Shown in pieces: positions 43,819 to 59,520 of a stretch of 64,000 nt of DNA. The DNA lies in contig OZ024749.1 in assembly GCA_964016885.1 (NCBI GenBank), forward strand, positions 50,592,001 to 50,656,000, read 5' to 3'. The first letter of the stretch is position 1; each line of letters starts with the position of its first letter. A program made the position numbers and the translations under genes. Under the pieces are notes generated by a model, which saw only the letters and a list, made by a program, of their open reading frames with translations, did not search any database and was not told the DNA's origin. This DNA is from Eledone cirrhosa (Eukaryota).

Positions 43819-44204
43819 ATATATATATACATACATACATTCATATTTACATGCTTACATACATACATATTTTCAGACAGACATATACATATATACATAT
43901 ATACATATTTACCTCTTTTCATTACGGCATAAAATATTTTTAGCATATCAAAATATATATGACTTCATTTATCGCGTGTATATATGGTCATGGGCAGGAA
44001 ATATTTAGTATATCGTGATATATTTGGAATAATTCATGTGATATTATATGCGAGTTTCCACCCAGTCTTTCAGCTTCAAATATATATATATATATATATA
44101 TTTAATTAGATATTAGATGAAATATAGCACAAAATCATATATGATATTGTTTGATCCTTAAATACTCTCGTCGAAAAACAAAGGTATGTTTTGACTTTCC
44201 AAAG

Positions 44205-44500
44205 TCAATCCCACCGAGGTTGACTTTGCCTTTCATCCTTACGGGGTCGATAAAATAAAGTACCAGTAATGTACTGGGTAATTGCTGGCCTTGTGCCAAA
44301 AGTAGAAACAATTATTACGTAAATTGGCAGTATCGGTAGAGAGTCGGACGCCATGCTTTCCACCATAATTACGTCCCTGTATGGTCTGAGTTCAAATCCC
44401 GTCGAGGTTAACTTTGCTTTTCATCCTTACGGGGTCGATAAAATAAAGTACCAGTAATGTACTGGATAACTGCTGGCTTTGTGCCAAAAGTAGAAACAAT
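44205..44500 (+). mobile_element. Two tandem SINEs (44205-44313 truncated; 44322-44500)
   Basis: Consensus matches. Confidence 0.88.
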
Positions 44501-44732
44501 AATTACGAGGTCGAGAAAATAATGTACCACTAACACACTGGAATCGATTTAATAGTCTTCCCATTTCCTTTCAAATGTCTGGCATTTGTGTATATTAAAT
44601 ACACCGCAAGCCGAAATACTCTGGTGTGTCTATGAATAATGCTCATGTCTAAAACATAGATTTTATGTTCACATATCTTTATACATAGAGGCAGATACTT
44701 AAGCTCTGACTGAGAGTGACATTACATGAATC

Positions 44733-44782
<50 letters not shown>

Positions 44783-44786
<4 letters not shown>

Positions 44787-44977
44787 AAAAGGTCAGGACC
44801 ACGACGGCACAGCTCAAGCCGTTTCGACGGTTATTTCCGTCCAGAAATAGCCGTCGAAAGGGCTTGAGCTCTGCCGTCGTGGTCTTGAACTTTTCCTATT
44901 ACCCCCTCTACTACCCAAAGTATCGTGTACTCTGGTGCGTTATGGTCCACCTGGTTCCTTACCACACTTCCTTCGTT
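44783..44977 (+). mobile_element. Family A fold-back element
   Basis: Reverse orientation of 24976-25168; apex near 44838. Confidence 0.85.
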
Positions 44978-45000
44978 ATATATATAACTTTCTATAGATA

Positions 45001-45180
45001 TTGCTCGCACCAACCAGAGGTATATGATCTTTAAAGCGAAGAAATACCAATGAAGGCTGGAAGATCACTGATGAAGGTCTAATTTTATTCATATGTAACC
45101 CATGTGTAACCACGCTGCACGCCATTTTTCATATATATATATATAAAATGTCGTGCTGCCTGGTTGCACATGGGTTATAT
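45001..45180 (+). mobile_element. Family F fragment with short fold-back
   Basis: Matches 62996-63116; 45145-45180 inverts 45093-45128 around a TA spacer. Confidence 0.75.
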
Positions 45181-45338
45181 ATATATATATAGAGAGAGAG
45201 AGAGATAGATAGATATATGTGTGTGGGTGTGTCTGTGTGTATATGTCTGTGTGGGTTTGCGTGTGTATAAATAACAAAAATAATAATAAAGAGTAGGAAA
45301 GGAGGCATCAAAACCATTATGATTATTCATATTATATG

Positions 45339-45449
<111 letters not shown>

Positions 45450-45450
45450 C

Positions 45451-45518
<68 letters not shown>

Positions 45519-45711
45519 ATTTATTTATCAACCTATTTCATATGGAAATGACTTTTACAGATTTAGGAGTTTTCGTTTTGAAATAATCAGGAAATTATGA
45601 TGATCTCAGACGAATGAAATGGTTCTTTCCAGTGGAAATCATTTCAATAAATCTATACACACACACATACACATATGTATATATACATATTTATATATGT
45701 ACACACACTGA

Positions 45712-45772
<61 letters not shown>

Positions 45773-45925
45773 ACATATATATATATATATATGTGTGTGT
45801 GTACATATATATATGTGTGTGTGTATAAAAAAATATGTATGTATATTTATATAAATGTTTAAATGTATATACACACAGACACACATATGTATATATACAT
45901 ATATATATATATGTACGTACACACA

Positions 45926-46090
<165 letters not shown>

Positions 46091-46223
46091 CTATATCTAT
46101 ACGTGTGTGTGTGTGTACATATATATATATATGTGTGTGTGTGTGTGTATATAAAATATGTATGTATATTTATATAAATGTTTAAATTTATATATACACA
46201 CACACACATATATATCAATCTTA

Positions 46224-46339
<116 letters not shown>

Positions 46340-46556
46340 ATATATACGTATATACGAGTAGACGCCCAAACACAAAGACCCACTCTTATATATACACACC
46401 TACATATATATTGTTTCTTCTGTTATTTCAATATTGAAGTATTTGATCATATTTCCCATGCCTGGAACATTTTAGATATGCATGCAGCTGCATTATGTCT
46501 GTTCATCTTTATTACCATATATACATACATACATACATGCATACATACGAACACGA

Positions 46557-46612
<56 letters not shown>

Positions 46613-46833
46613 ATGTATATGTATGTATGTAGTATGTACATATATTTATTTATTTCTATATATATAAATATATATGTACACACACATATATATATATACG
46701 TAAATACACACATACATTTACACACAGATTTATATATATGCATGTATATATATATATATGTATATATGTACCTATGTATATTAATACATATACATATATA
46801 TATATATGTATGTATCTACGTATATTAATACAT

Positions 46834-46937
<104 letters not shown>

Positions 46938-48620
46938 CCGTATCTATATATATCTATATCTTTGTGTTTGTATGGATATTAATATTTAATGCATTCAGTG
47001 AGCAAATTCTGTAATTTTCAATATGTTTAGAAAGACTCTGTATGGATGGAAGCGATGATGTTCAGAGTAGATTTCAGGATATATATAAATAGCTGTGAAT
47101 TATTATCTTCAACTTTATGTATTAATACAATATGTCTCTTAGGCATCCGTCTTTCACGTAGCGAAACTTCCAGTTGAAAGCTTTATTGGATAATTTCTTC
47201 AGCAGGACATTTCGCTTGTCCCTCCTATGGAAAATTGATAAATGATGAATTTAGATTTATTATTATTATGAAATCATTTGATAATAACTTAACTTTATAA
47301 TTATTTTTGGAGTTTTATAGGACATTATTTATTATCTTTCTTTCAGTATAACCACCTGAGAAGCTGATTATTTATATGAAATACTATCTTCATCTTAAAT
47401 TCAATTATCTAAAGATTCCGTGAAACTAAAACCATAGAATTTCTCTGAGGAAAGCAGATTATCTATATGTACTTTATATATCTACATACAAATATAAATG
47501 TTCAGTTTTATTCCTACTTTAACAGCCAAAATCCACGACCATTTGCTCAGATATATATTTCTAAACAATTCAATCGTATTATTGAAGATGCCTATTACAC
47601 TTTTCATTGATGCGTCAGGTTCTCGGGCAGTTGCATTCCGAAAAAGGTTTCGATTCCCAATAAAAAACCTTTCCTGTTTTTATTTTTACAATATTTTCAA
47701 GTAAAATGTTAATCATTATTAAGGTTATGTTAAAAGAAGTATACCCTGACTCCTTTTGAGTGAGTGTTCTTTAGAAACATTTTTTTACATCCTTCATTAA
47801 TATATTGACAAAGATACGTAACCAACAATATTTCGTTCTCAAGTGTGATGTTAACACGTGTATATATAAATATTATTGAAATACTTATCCTATTAAGAGT
47901 TATATTTACTGGGTCTGAGAAATTACATCTCTCAAACAGAAAAGAATCTGATTTTTTAAACGTATCCAAGATGTATTTATAGAAGTCTGGAGGGAAATTA
48001 GCGGCGAACATTTGACAGAAATGCTGTATAAGAGAATCTAAATATGTAGCAACTGATTATAATAGCGATGAATTCGTTGATTATGATCATCATCATAAAT
48101 ATAGAGATCTCTTTGAGGAAAGGGCATTCGAAAATGAATTCCCTCAATATATATTAAAATATTTACATTCAATAGTTATATATCTGCAGAGAAGAATGCA
48201 GGCTTCTAACGTGTGTGCACATATGATAAAATGTCTAAACATAACTTTAAGCCAAAACTTAAGTCATTTTACTCTTTAAAATATTTTCGGTATGCTATAT
48301 ATATAAATAGGAAGAAGAAATTGAAGATGCAATTGGAGTCTTTAAAAGGGTGTATTTAAAATAATTTACAGATTTACGGTAAAGTTAAAAATATTTTGAA
48401 ATATAACTTCTCAAAGATTCCAATTGCATTTCATTACGAGTTCTAATCCCGATGAAGCCGTATCCGCCTTTCATCCCGACGCGATAAAATCACTTACCAG
48501 TCAAACCTAATATTTCGGAGTCTACTGCCTTTCTGATATATATATATATATATATATACAAGGGCGATGCCCCAGCATGGCTTCAGCCGGATGGCTGGAA
48601 GAAGTAAGAGAGTAAAAGCG

Positions 48621-48705
<85 letters not shown>

Positions 48706-49575
48706 ATTAGAACATGCGAAGTAATTTCAGATGTTAATGTCGTTTATTGATGAGGCTGTGATACATATTTCAATGACGACAGTGGCCACGCTATTCCGCC
48801 TAAGCACTGCCATGATCTCATGAAATAGCTTCATTACATAATAAGGCTACGTTCTCGAAGCAATCCAAATTAAAGCGACAAGGGATCGGACAAACATGAT
48901 GTTCTTGAAGCCTTCGCCCGTTCCCTTCTCATATGTGTGTGTATGTGTGTGTGTAATCTTATTTCAATTAAATACCAGAAAACAACAGAGAGCTACACAT
49001 TACAATAACTATGTGTTTTGTATTAGGTCTACAAAGGTAGAATAACAATATACTTAACACGCGTAGAAACTCTCACACACACACACACAACACACACACA
49101 ACACACACACACAGTTCACACACAACACACACACAACATACACACAGCAACACACATAGGCACACATATCCAAGCACATACTTATATAAATATGTGTATA
49201 CATGAACCTCTATATCAACGTAATTAGCACAGATTACCTGGTGTACTGAGCATTAATCCGTATCTATTGACATATAATCAATACGTTCAGTACATTGAAT
49301 GAGATGTTGCAATAAACTCACTTTAATGATATTGTCATCAGCTTCTATAGACATTCATTCCAATAACTCATTGCCAATCTTTCTCCCTTGTCCATTCATT
49401 CACTCTTTCTTATGTCTTCTCACTTTCCTTTTTCCAATCGTAATAAATTATTCGCTTTTCTCGTTTGCCCCACGTCACCCGCAAAAGCACAAAGGCGTAA
49501 ACATAAAAGCGCAAACAAATAACACACGTTACACATAATATATACATATATACATTTATACATACATATATGTGT

Positions 49576-49613
<38 letters not shown>

Positions 49614-49710
49614 AAGTTTACATATATATATTCATATATATACATATACGTGTTTTGCAACTGGTCACTTTGTGGCTCAATGAAAAATTACTAAATTAAA
49701 TAATCAGAGC

Positions 49711-49977
49711 TATATATCATAAAACATGTCTATAGAATCACAAGATAAAATATATACTATTTCCTCTCCCAATTAGCATAATTAACTATATAAAAAGTCG
49801 AGTAGACCAGGCTATAAGAATGAGGCTTCTATGAAGAAATCTCCGACAAATAACCAAAACTAGCCCTTCGCGTCGGCCGTATTCTTATAGCCTAGTCTAT
49901 TAGATTTTTTATATAGTTAATTATGCTAATTGGAAAATAGTATATATTTTATCTTGTGATTCTATAGACATGTTTTA

Positions 49978-49985
<8 letters not shown>
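49711..49985. mobile_element. Family G fold-back element
   Basis: Arms ~49711-49821/49881-49985. Confidence 0.85.
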
Positions 49986-50030
<45 letters not shown>

Positions 50031-50032
<2 letters not shown>

Positions 50033-50196
50033 TAAGTTATTCGGGGTTGAATCAGAGGTAACCACAGTACACAGTAAGTAAGGGACTCAATACATAGCAT
50101 AGTATAAAAGTTTTAATATAGATGAGATTCTGCAGGACTGATGATTTCTAAAGAATGAAACAGTTCTAGTTCTGTAAATCTCATCTATATTAAACC
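50031..50196 (-). mobile_element. Family E fold-back element
   Basis: Tail as in 34291-34378; plus-strand CTGATGA..GAAACAG..CTGTA core at ~50138-50176. Confidence 0.8.
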
Positions 50197-50442
50197 TATA
50201 TATATATATATATTAGAAAGTGAGGGTTTTTTTTTACAAAATGAAAAATAACCCAGGTGTCCTACACGAGTGAAACTATAAGGAAAAAAGAGATGAAATC
50301 GAAAATGCAACTGGAGTCTTGAAATGAAACGGTAAAGGAACCAAATAAATATATATATGTGTGTGTGTATATATATATATATATAAGTATATAAATACGT
50401 ATATATATATATATATATATATAAAAAATGCGATTTACAGAT

Positions 50443-50617
50443 AATTGTTTCTACTTTACAGATAATTGTTTCTTACCCAGTACATTACTGGTACTTTATT
50501 TTATCGACCCCGTAAGGATGAAAGGCAAAGTTAACCTCGGCGGGATTTGAACTCAGACTGTAAAGGGACGTAACTATGTAGAAAGCATGACGTCCAACCC
50601 TCTACCGATACTGCCAA
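50443..50617 (-). mobile_element. SINE inserted in the arm of a fold-back (50425-50664)
   Basis: AAAATGCGATTTACAGATAA|CCAAACCA is inverted at 50637-50664. Confidence 0.85.
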
Positions 50618-50721
50618 TAACCAAACCACATATATATGGTTTGGTTATCTGTAAATCGCATTTTCATATGTACATTCATCTATATTGGTTACCTTGTTCT
50701 TTCGGTATTTCTCATTATTAA

Positions 50722-50794
<73 letters not shown>

Positions 50795-51664
50795 TGTGGC
50801 CAATAAATGAAATCATTATTATTAATAGTATTATCTCTCCCTCCCATATATCCCTCTTTCTCATCTTCTCTCCTACTATCTCTCTACCTACCCCCCTCTC
50901 TCCCCTCTCTGTCTCTCCGTCTAATCTCCTCAGTCTATATATTTCCGGTATTAAATCCTATCCTTTAATACTGTCTCGAGTTTATCTTTATAATAACGTA
51001 TGTATTATCGTCCCAATATTGTACCCATCCTTTATCACATACTTCTCATGCATGCATGTTAGTGATAAGAAAACTGTCTTTACTTCTGGCATCATTATTT
51101 TGTCAAAATCTCCATATATGAAGACTAAACCTAATCCAAAATATTATGGCCACGCAGTTGTATTTAACAGTCAAAGCATTATTTCTTAGATTGAAATTAC
51201 CTGTTGCTGAAAAAATGCGATGTGTGGTGATATATCATTTACGTATACAGGACATTTTGATGATATGAATTAATACAAAATGTTGAAATTCTCGACGTAT
51301 TAAGCTTAAATCTATTCCGAACTGTTATGATTCAAAAGCAGTATATACCTGTCAAACTTACTTTTCTCAGTTTAAATTTATCTATTTCTGAAATACGCAA
51401 AGAGACCTAATATAATGCCATTTAAGTATATGATTATTTGATTATAAGAATTTATTTCAGAACGGTGACAACTTATAGATATAGTCCATGCACTTTAAAA
51501 ATATATTGGTGCTTTAGGATTTGCATGAATTTTAGTTATATCTGCATGGACTTTAGTTATATTTCTTAAATTTCTTACAACGTACACACGCACTTGATAC
51601 GTCTAAACTATTGAATGACAGAAACAGTAATTCAATGGTTGACATATCTACCAAAGGCGTAAAC

Positions 51665-51768
<104 letters not shown>

Positions 51769-51769
51769 C

Positions 51770-51840
<71 letters not shown>

Positions 51841-51861
51841 CATATATACATATATATATAC

Positions 51862-51896
<35 letters not shown>

Positions 51897-51905
51897 CATA
51901 TATAC

Positions 51906-51987
<82 letters not shown>

Positions 51988-51990
<3 letters not shown>

Positions 51991-52197
51991 GTATAATAAA
52001 CAATACAATATAATTACCGCATTACCAGAGGTTTCCCGAATAAGACGAATACGAAAAACGTCCTCATTCGAGGACGTTTTTCGTATTATATTGTAATTAT
52101 ATTGTATTGTTTATTATACATTAAATTTAGCTCTGTAACTTACATAGAGCACTCTTCACTCCTATGACTTTTTCAATTTTCAACGGAAACTTCAATA

Positions 52198-52200
<3 letters not shown>
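51988..52200 (+). mobile_element. Family K nested fold-back
   Basis: Outer arms ~51988-52017/52094-52122; inner hairpin AATACGAAAAACGTCCTC-ATTC-GAGGACGTTTTTCGTATT; minus strand has TGAGGA..GAAACC(TCT)GGTA. Confidence 0.7.
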
Positions 52201-52251
<51 letters not shown>

Positions 52252-53522
52252 TATATATATACGTGTATATATCCCCATATCATATATATATATATTGAAC
52301 TATCCGATCATATATATATGATCGATCGACCTTAATCAATGGTTAACGAACAACTACTGGGGTGAATTACTTAATCCTATTCCCCCTCAATAAATTGAAT
52401 ATTCCATCCATGTCTTTTTTCCTCGGGTAGAGTGAGTTTTCTGCAGGGATATTTTGGCAACAGGAACATTTCTTTAATAAAATAATTAGAAGAACACTAT
52501 AAATATTTAAAAACGGAAAAGAGAGGGAAAGGTTTAAGCTAAGAAATTAAATTTTATCCGTATGGGGAGGGGATCATTGCGGAATATAAAAAGACGAATA
52601 TAAAACTGTAATTTTTGCACCAGAGAAAATACTAAAATGATATAAAACTATTTGATATCCTTCGACAGTAATTTCTTAAGACAAACATTATAAATATTCA
52701 GAAATATGGTAATGTCAACTTCTGATGGGAAAGAATAATAATAATAATTTCTACTTATCGTCGTCATGTGAATAAAGAATTCCAGACTGTTCCAATAACA
52801 CAGGTTTTTCTGTGACTATTAATTCCGAATTATTCATGAGTACTCTCTAGAATTCCAAAATGACCACTCCCTTGATAACGGATAAACAAACTTCTGTATT
52901 TATTTCCCTAACCTGATAATACACTTTGAAGATTTCATTGTTGCTTCAGCCTTTGTGGTTTTTCTGTTTTCTTGCTTTCATTTTAAATGTTGAGAGGAAT
53001 AAGTATTAGCTAGTTTGTGAAAAGCCTACAGAACTACTTCAATAAACATTCGTAAACATTATGCTGCCTTCTAGGATTCAAAATCACGTCGCTAAAACAC
53101 ATACATTATTTCCATTAATAGTAGTTGCTAAACTTTATCTGACCTGAATAATGTGAAGCTTTTAAATATTAAACAACCAAAGTAAGGAAATTCATTTTGA
53201 AAGCCACAGATGGACAATAATTTATTTAAGCAATATGAGGTGTGCAGAAATCCTAGATTAATGATTAGGTTCCTTTCAGTACAGTTGTAGATTTCATTAT
53301 ATTAAAGCTCTCTTCATCCAAAAGGCGAAAACATTAATTTCACGACAATGCTATAAATAATATATCAACTGGTAGCCAGATTTCAATGCACAATAATTTT
53401 GCTACAGAAATATGGACTTCCGTTTTCAATCCAACTACAAGGTACCTTGTACTGTAGCCACCTGAAATTTTTTGTAAACAGAAAGAATGCAGTAGCGTGT
53501 CGTTTATATTTCTATGTATATG

Positions 53523-53615
<93 letters not shown>

Positions 53616-53617
<2 letters not shown>

Positions 53618-53895
53618 ATTGTTATACTTTGGGAGGGTCATGTTGCCAATAACTGTTGAGGTCACAGAATGTGTGACGAAAGAACTTTGACAATATATGA
53701 ACAGCCGTCCGGTTTTGGAACCAACCAACAAATTATAAATTTCTTAAATTTATAATTTAATTTATAATAAATTGGAGTGAAAGCAACTGGTGCGTGTGTT
53801 TCTTATTGGCAACATGACCCTCCCAAAGTATAACAATATCGGTTTGATCACACGTTTTCAGATAAAGAATGTTGCTAAACAAATTCAGAAACGAA
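53616..53895 (+). mobile_element. Family I element with short inverted arm
   Basis: 53616-53652 inverts ~53804-53839; homologous to 40326-40539. Confidence 0.8.
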
Positions 53896-53960
53896 ATATA
53901 TATATATATATATATTAATTCAAAATATTAAGAAAAATAGAACTTCTTGTGATCAAGTAT

Positions 53961-54025
53961 ATTTTATTATAAATATTTCAGAGGTACAGAGCTGACTTCA
54001 ACAGTACGTCCTCATCAGATAAAAC
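53961..54025 (-). ncRNA. Type I hammerhead ribozyme (family D-like)
   Basis: Minus strand: GTTTTAT-CTGATGA-GGACGTAC..GTACCTCT-GAAA-TATTTA-TA-ATAAAAT. Confidence 0.75.
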
Positions 54026-54074
54026 AAGATGATGCATGACATACCCTGACATAGTAGATGGTTAAGATCCAGTC

Positions 54075-54108
<34 letters not shown>

Positions 54109-54110
<2 letters not shown>

Positions 54111-54236
54111 CGAAGGAAAAGTGGTAAGGAACCAGGTGGACCATAACGCACCAAAGTACTCAATACTTAGGGTAGTAGAGTGGGTAATAGGAACAAGTAA
54201 GACCCCGACGGCTGAGCTCAAGCCGTCGAAACGGCT
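54109..54236 (-). mobile_element. Family A element
   Basis: Near-identical to 24976-25090. Confidence 0.85.
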
Positions 54237-54409
54237 TTACAAAAGCAGTAAAGAAGAGTGCAGTACAAAGTGTTAGTATTAGGTTCACGCTTGAGAGTGA
54301 TATATATATATGTATTGTCTCATTTTCACTCGGTTCCTCCTTTTTTCACAATCCATCTTTCTATTTCATCTTTTATTTATCATTCTATCTTCTGATGAAG
54401 GAGAATTTC

Positions 54410-54640
54410 TATGAAGAACTAATGAGGAATGTACAGATACACCACCCCGACTATACCTTCAGATTTTACCTGTGATTATTGGGTCACTGGGATATGCTAG
54501 AAACTGCCTCAGTAAAAATCTTGAGACGATGGATTTCATAGAACCAGAAAGAAATCGACTATTTAGAAAATCCCAAATACAATCCATTAATGGAACAGTT
54601 AAAATATGAAAAGTTTTCCAAGAATTCTGCATCTAATAAC
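54410..54640 (+). mobile_element. R4/Dong/R2-type non-LTR fragment (restriction-like endonuclease C-terminus), decayed
   Basis: YEELMRNVQIHHPDYTF/(frameshift)ILPVIIGSLGYARNCLSKNLETMDF..IQSINGTVKI* resembles the KY..L..PIVIGALG motif at the end of RLE domains. Confidence 0.65.
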
Positions 54641-55177
54641 TGCATGTACACATTTACAGATACAAAACATATTCACATGTCCACATATAACTCAAAACAT
54701 ACACATTCACACATACAATATCATACATACCTGCACACACACGCACGTATCCCGATATGCAGATATATCTACAAAGTTGATGTTGTTAAAATTCCAATGA
54801 AACAGTCTTGTGACTATCTTAGAACTCGACTCTCTCTCTACTGCTGAAAAATTATAAATTATGAAACCAGAAAACACATACATGCATAAATATACGCAAT
54901 GTGCACACACACACACACACATATATATACATATATATGTATGAATGTGTATATATCTATATTCTAATCATAACTTTAAAAGATAAAGACAAACATTGTA
55001 CTTCTACTTTAAAGTTTTTAAATTGTTCCAAGACAACTCACATTATATCTTTGTGTAAACATGTATCCATATATGTCTGTGTTTGTGTTTGTCTGTGTGG
55101 GTATGTGTTTTGTTTTAAATATATAAATATATATATATATATACATACATATATATATACGTGTGTATGTGAGGATG

Positions 55178-55209
<32 letters not shown>

Positions 55210-55758
55210 TAGATATATATATATTATAGTTCTCTTAAAATGCTATAATCCATAATTCCACGAAAGCATTCAATTTTTATGTTGAAAATAGAATTTGTCA
55301 TTCCATGTAGTTATAATCTAAATATAAATATTCAGCGTCTATTTGTAACAGCAGAAAAGAAGACAGCATCCAATTCATACCAATATTTACACATTTCTTT
55401 GATTTTTACCTTAGACTCTGTTCAACGACTATGCCGTTTTTTTTTTTTCTTTTAATAAACTTACGAATAAAATGTTACTATTTTATTGACTGAAGTTTAT
55501 TTAAATATATATTTTTCTGTATGCAATTACTTTGTATTACCTTTTTTTGTTCTTTTTGTTTTTATTAGTTATTACTTTTGGAGTTGGAATAGGTCTTAAC
55601 TACTTGGAACTTTTTGGACTTTTTTCTCAGTCTCTCGAGAGAAGCACACGTTTTAGAAATAATTAAAGTTTTAGCCTCAGCAGTCATAACTTATATATGT
55701 ATTTACATATCGCGATCTATGTATGCATATATAAATATATATATATATATATGTATGC

Positions 55759-55831
<73 letters not shown>

Positions 55832-55833
55832 TA

Positions 55834-55909
<76 letters not shown>

Positions 55910-55952
55910 TATATAAAGCGATTCTTTGCTTAAACTTTAATCTGTTATTTTA

Positions 55953-56006
<54 letters not shown>

Positions 56007-56008
<2 letters not shown>

Positions 56009-56428
56009 CGAAGGAGTTGTGTATGGAACCAGATGGACCATAACGCACCAAAGTATTCAATACTTGGGGTAGTAGAGTGGGTAATAAGAGAAAGTATGAC
56101 CCCGACGGCAGAGCTCAAGGCGTTTCGACGGCTATTTCTGGAGTTCAGAAATTTCTGGTGTAGAAACAGGTTTTAAACTGGCTCAGATTAAACATAGCAA
56201 ATTTTACGAAAGACAAGAGATTGTTATTTCATCTGATATTAATGCCAAATCAATATGCAGAATATATTATGTATGGATTCGATTCGAAGAAACCAATGTA
56301 AAATATGGCCAGACATTTGGTGTAGTTGGATAGGTAGCAGATTAACAGGAAAGGTATACATTGTGGTTAGCAGATGTTCAGGAATATTTGGTCGTTGAAG
56401 AACCGGCTTGAGCTCTGCCGTCGGGATC
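56007..56428 (-). mobile_element. Family A fold-back with ~250 bp between arms
   Basis: 56007-56150 matches family A; the second arm resumes at 56401-56428. Confidence 0.7.
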
Positions 56429-56705
56429 AACCACAGGCGCACCAGTCTCACATAAAAATGTTTGGTATATATGCAGTGAATATGTACAAGCAATGTAATC
56501 ATTTTTTTTTATTAATGGAAGCTTTTCAAAGATATCTCTGGTTGGATAATAACACAAACGAAACGTTGTGGTAATCAGCCAACATTAAAAGCCTCCATCC
56601 AGTGATTATTCTTGTAATGCAAGTCACTAAATGCCACATGATATCAGCACAGCCTTCATGCTGATGAACATTAATACACTTAAACTATGATATGTGCGTA
56701 ATATA

Positions 56706-56778
<73 letters not shown>

Positions 56779-57401
56779 ATATATATATGTGTGTGTATGT
56801 ACATATATATATGTATATATGTATATATATATATACATATATATACATAATTATATATATACATAATTATATATACATACATATATATATATATATGTGT
56901 GTGTGTGTGCGTGTCGATCTTTGTGTAAACGTTTAGCAGACTATGTTTCATAAATAATAAATATATATGTACATACACGCAGTTATGTTGTACTTCATTT
57001 AGAATACGTGTTTCTACATATATACCTTAGATTAGATATTCATACTGCCCACAGACACTTATTATCAAGCTCATTGCAAGCAGCTGCAATCATTTCAAAA
57101 TATTTTCTACTCTTATTCAATACCAATATTTCAATATCTTCTTAATTTTAAGAAACACATATATATCTTGTTTTTTTAATGATTCAGCTGTTTCTTATTT
57201 CGGTTGCATTTTATTTCATTTTTGTTTCTTGTATTTTCAGATTAAAAATTCTAGAATATTTAGCTTTCTGTTGTTGATCAGTACATGAAGTATAATATAT
57301 TGATTTTATTTATATTGTATCTGTTAACTATATTCTATGGCGTATTTTTAAATCTTTTTTTTTTAAATCGGAATTTGTTCTGATTTTATCTAAATAAGAG
57401 A

Positions 57402-57500
57402 TACGAGGTCCGGCTGAAAACTTCTTACGCTGAAAGGTTCATATGCTGCCCAAGATACTCTAATTTAATGACCAAATGAAATTTATTTCAAGATAGTCCA
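57402..57500 (+). mobile_element. Possible Tc1/mariner terminal remnant
   Basis: TACGAGGTCCGGCTGAAAACTTC resembles mariner TIRs (recall); no partner TIR or transposase seen. Confidence 0.35.
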
Positions 57501-58498
57501 TGGAAACAAACAAAACAGTGCAGTTACTACAATCTTGTTATCTTTCTTACTTACTAAACTGTGGCATGTTTAATATGCTTAAGCACATGGCGGGGAACGG
57601 ATTTTTCTGCCAAAAAGATTTTTTACGATGGATTTTTCAAATCCATGGGTCCTCTTAACTTAACTAGTACAGGACCTCATTTGTCCTAAATCCGGCTCTG
57701 AATCCGACCTTCTTTTAATCCTGCTTGCGCAACAGAAATTCATCCTTTAACTTATCAACTCAAATAGCTATAAGGACCTGATCCTCAGTCTACAGACGGC
57801 CCCATTTATGACATCGTTAAATATAATATACAGCAGGAGTCCTAAGGAGGGAGCCTTTAAAAACACGTTTACATTACATTAATCACTAAGCAAATTACTT
57901 ATCTTTACTGATATATATATAAACGTCATAAAATCCTATTTTCACACAAGGAAAATCCATGAAGTTCTTGCATTCTGTGTAATGCAGATGTAAACTACAA
58001 CTATTCCACTGTAATCTATTAATATATAAATAAGTTTCATGATATAACTATATTTAAATAAATTATTTCTCTCAGTGGAAGTCATAGAAATAAATCGCGT
58101 ATACGTTGATCCGATATCAAGTTTCAAGCAGCCTTTATGCCTTTAAATCTGAATATGTCACATTTGTTTGACCTAGTATTATGCTGAGTATACTCGTATA
58201 CAGAAGTAAAAGCGCCAACGATATGCAATACGATAAGAAGCCAGATTCTTTTAGCTACAGTTCAGTAACATATACTGTCGACGTTAAACTTATTTCAAAA
58301 GGAATAGAATTGTAATTTGTAATATTAATGAGAAAAGTATAGACTTTATAAAGTGCTTTGTCTGCAGACGGAAATACTTCCCTATGATCCAATGAAATCT
58401 ATATCGTACAAGAATAATGGAACGATTATTTGTAACTAGAGATTTCGGTAACATAACTTGGGGACAATAGCTTCATATTTTTTCCTGCAGTTTTCTTT

Positions 58499-58568
<70 letters not shown>

Positions 58569-58625
58569 GTGTGTGTATGCGTGTGTGTGTTTGCGTGTAT
58601 TTGCGTGTGTGTTTGTGTATGTGCG

Positions 58626-58777
58626 TGTGTGATTTCCTATATATATATGTATGTGTATATATATATATATATATATGTCTTTGTGTATATGTATATATAT
58701 ACATGTATACATATATATAGATAGGTATATATATATAAATACACACACACACACAAATATATATATATATATATAAA

Positions 58778-58837
<60 letters not shown>

Positions 58838-58992
58838 TGTGTATATATATATATATATGTATATATATATGTGTGTGTGTGTGTATATATATATACCTAT
58901 CTATATATATGTATACATGTATATATATACATATACACACAGAAATATATATATATATATACACACACACATATATATATAGGAAATCACAC
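58626..58992. repeat. Inverted duplication of a compound microsatellite
   Basis: Anchors GTGATTTCCTA/TAGGAAATCAC and AGATAGGTA/TACCTATCT are mirrored around a (TA)n centre. Confidence 0.85.
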
Positions 58993-59001
58993 ATATATAT
59001 A

Positions 59002-59060
<59 letters not shown>

Positions 59061-59520
59061 TCTGTGAATGTTATCATCTTATTTCAGACCGTAGAGTTAT
59101 GTTTAAAACATTACTATATTTCTAATTATTTGTAATATATCTACATCTTCTATGACAGGATTATCGTTTTCTGCAATACTATACTGTATTTGGAAACCGC
59201 TAGTTAAAGCCATTTATTTGTAGTATCAATAAAAATACAATAACTTTAATTATAAATGAATAACAAATAATTTGTGTTTGTAGCTGTTCTATTTTTTTTA
59301 TTTATTTCTGTTATTCCAAGAGACAGCAACCATACATCAAAACCAGTTTCTACTTAACTTCAGGATAGTTCTAATGAACTTGACCTCTGATCAAAATGCA
59401 ATTAACATTCTGTCGCCAAAGTCTTCTTTTTGTTTAAGAGCCCGTGTTTAAAACGCGTTTCACTATTGTTTTCTCTAAAGACGTCATATATTTGCATTAA
59501 AGAAGATGCACTATGGTATA

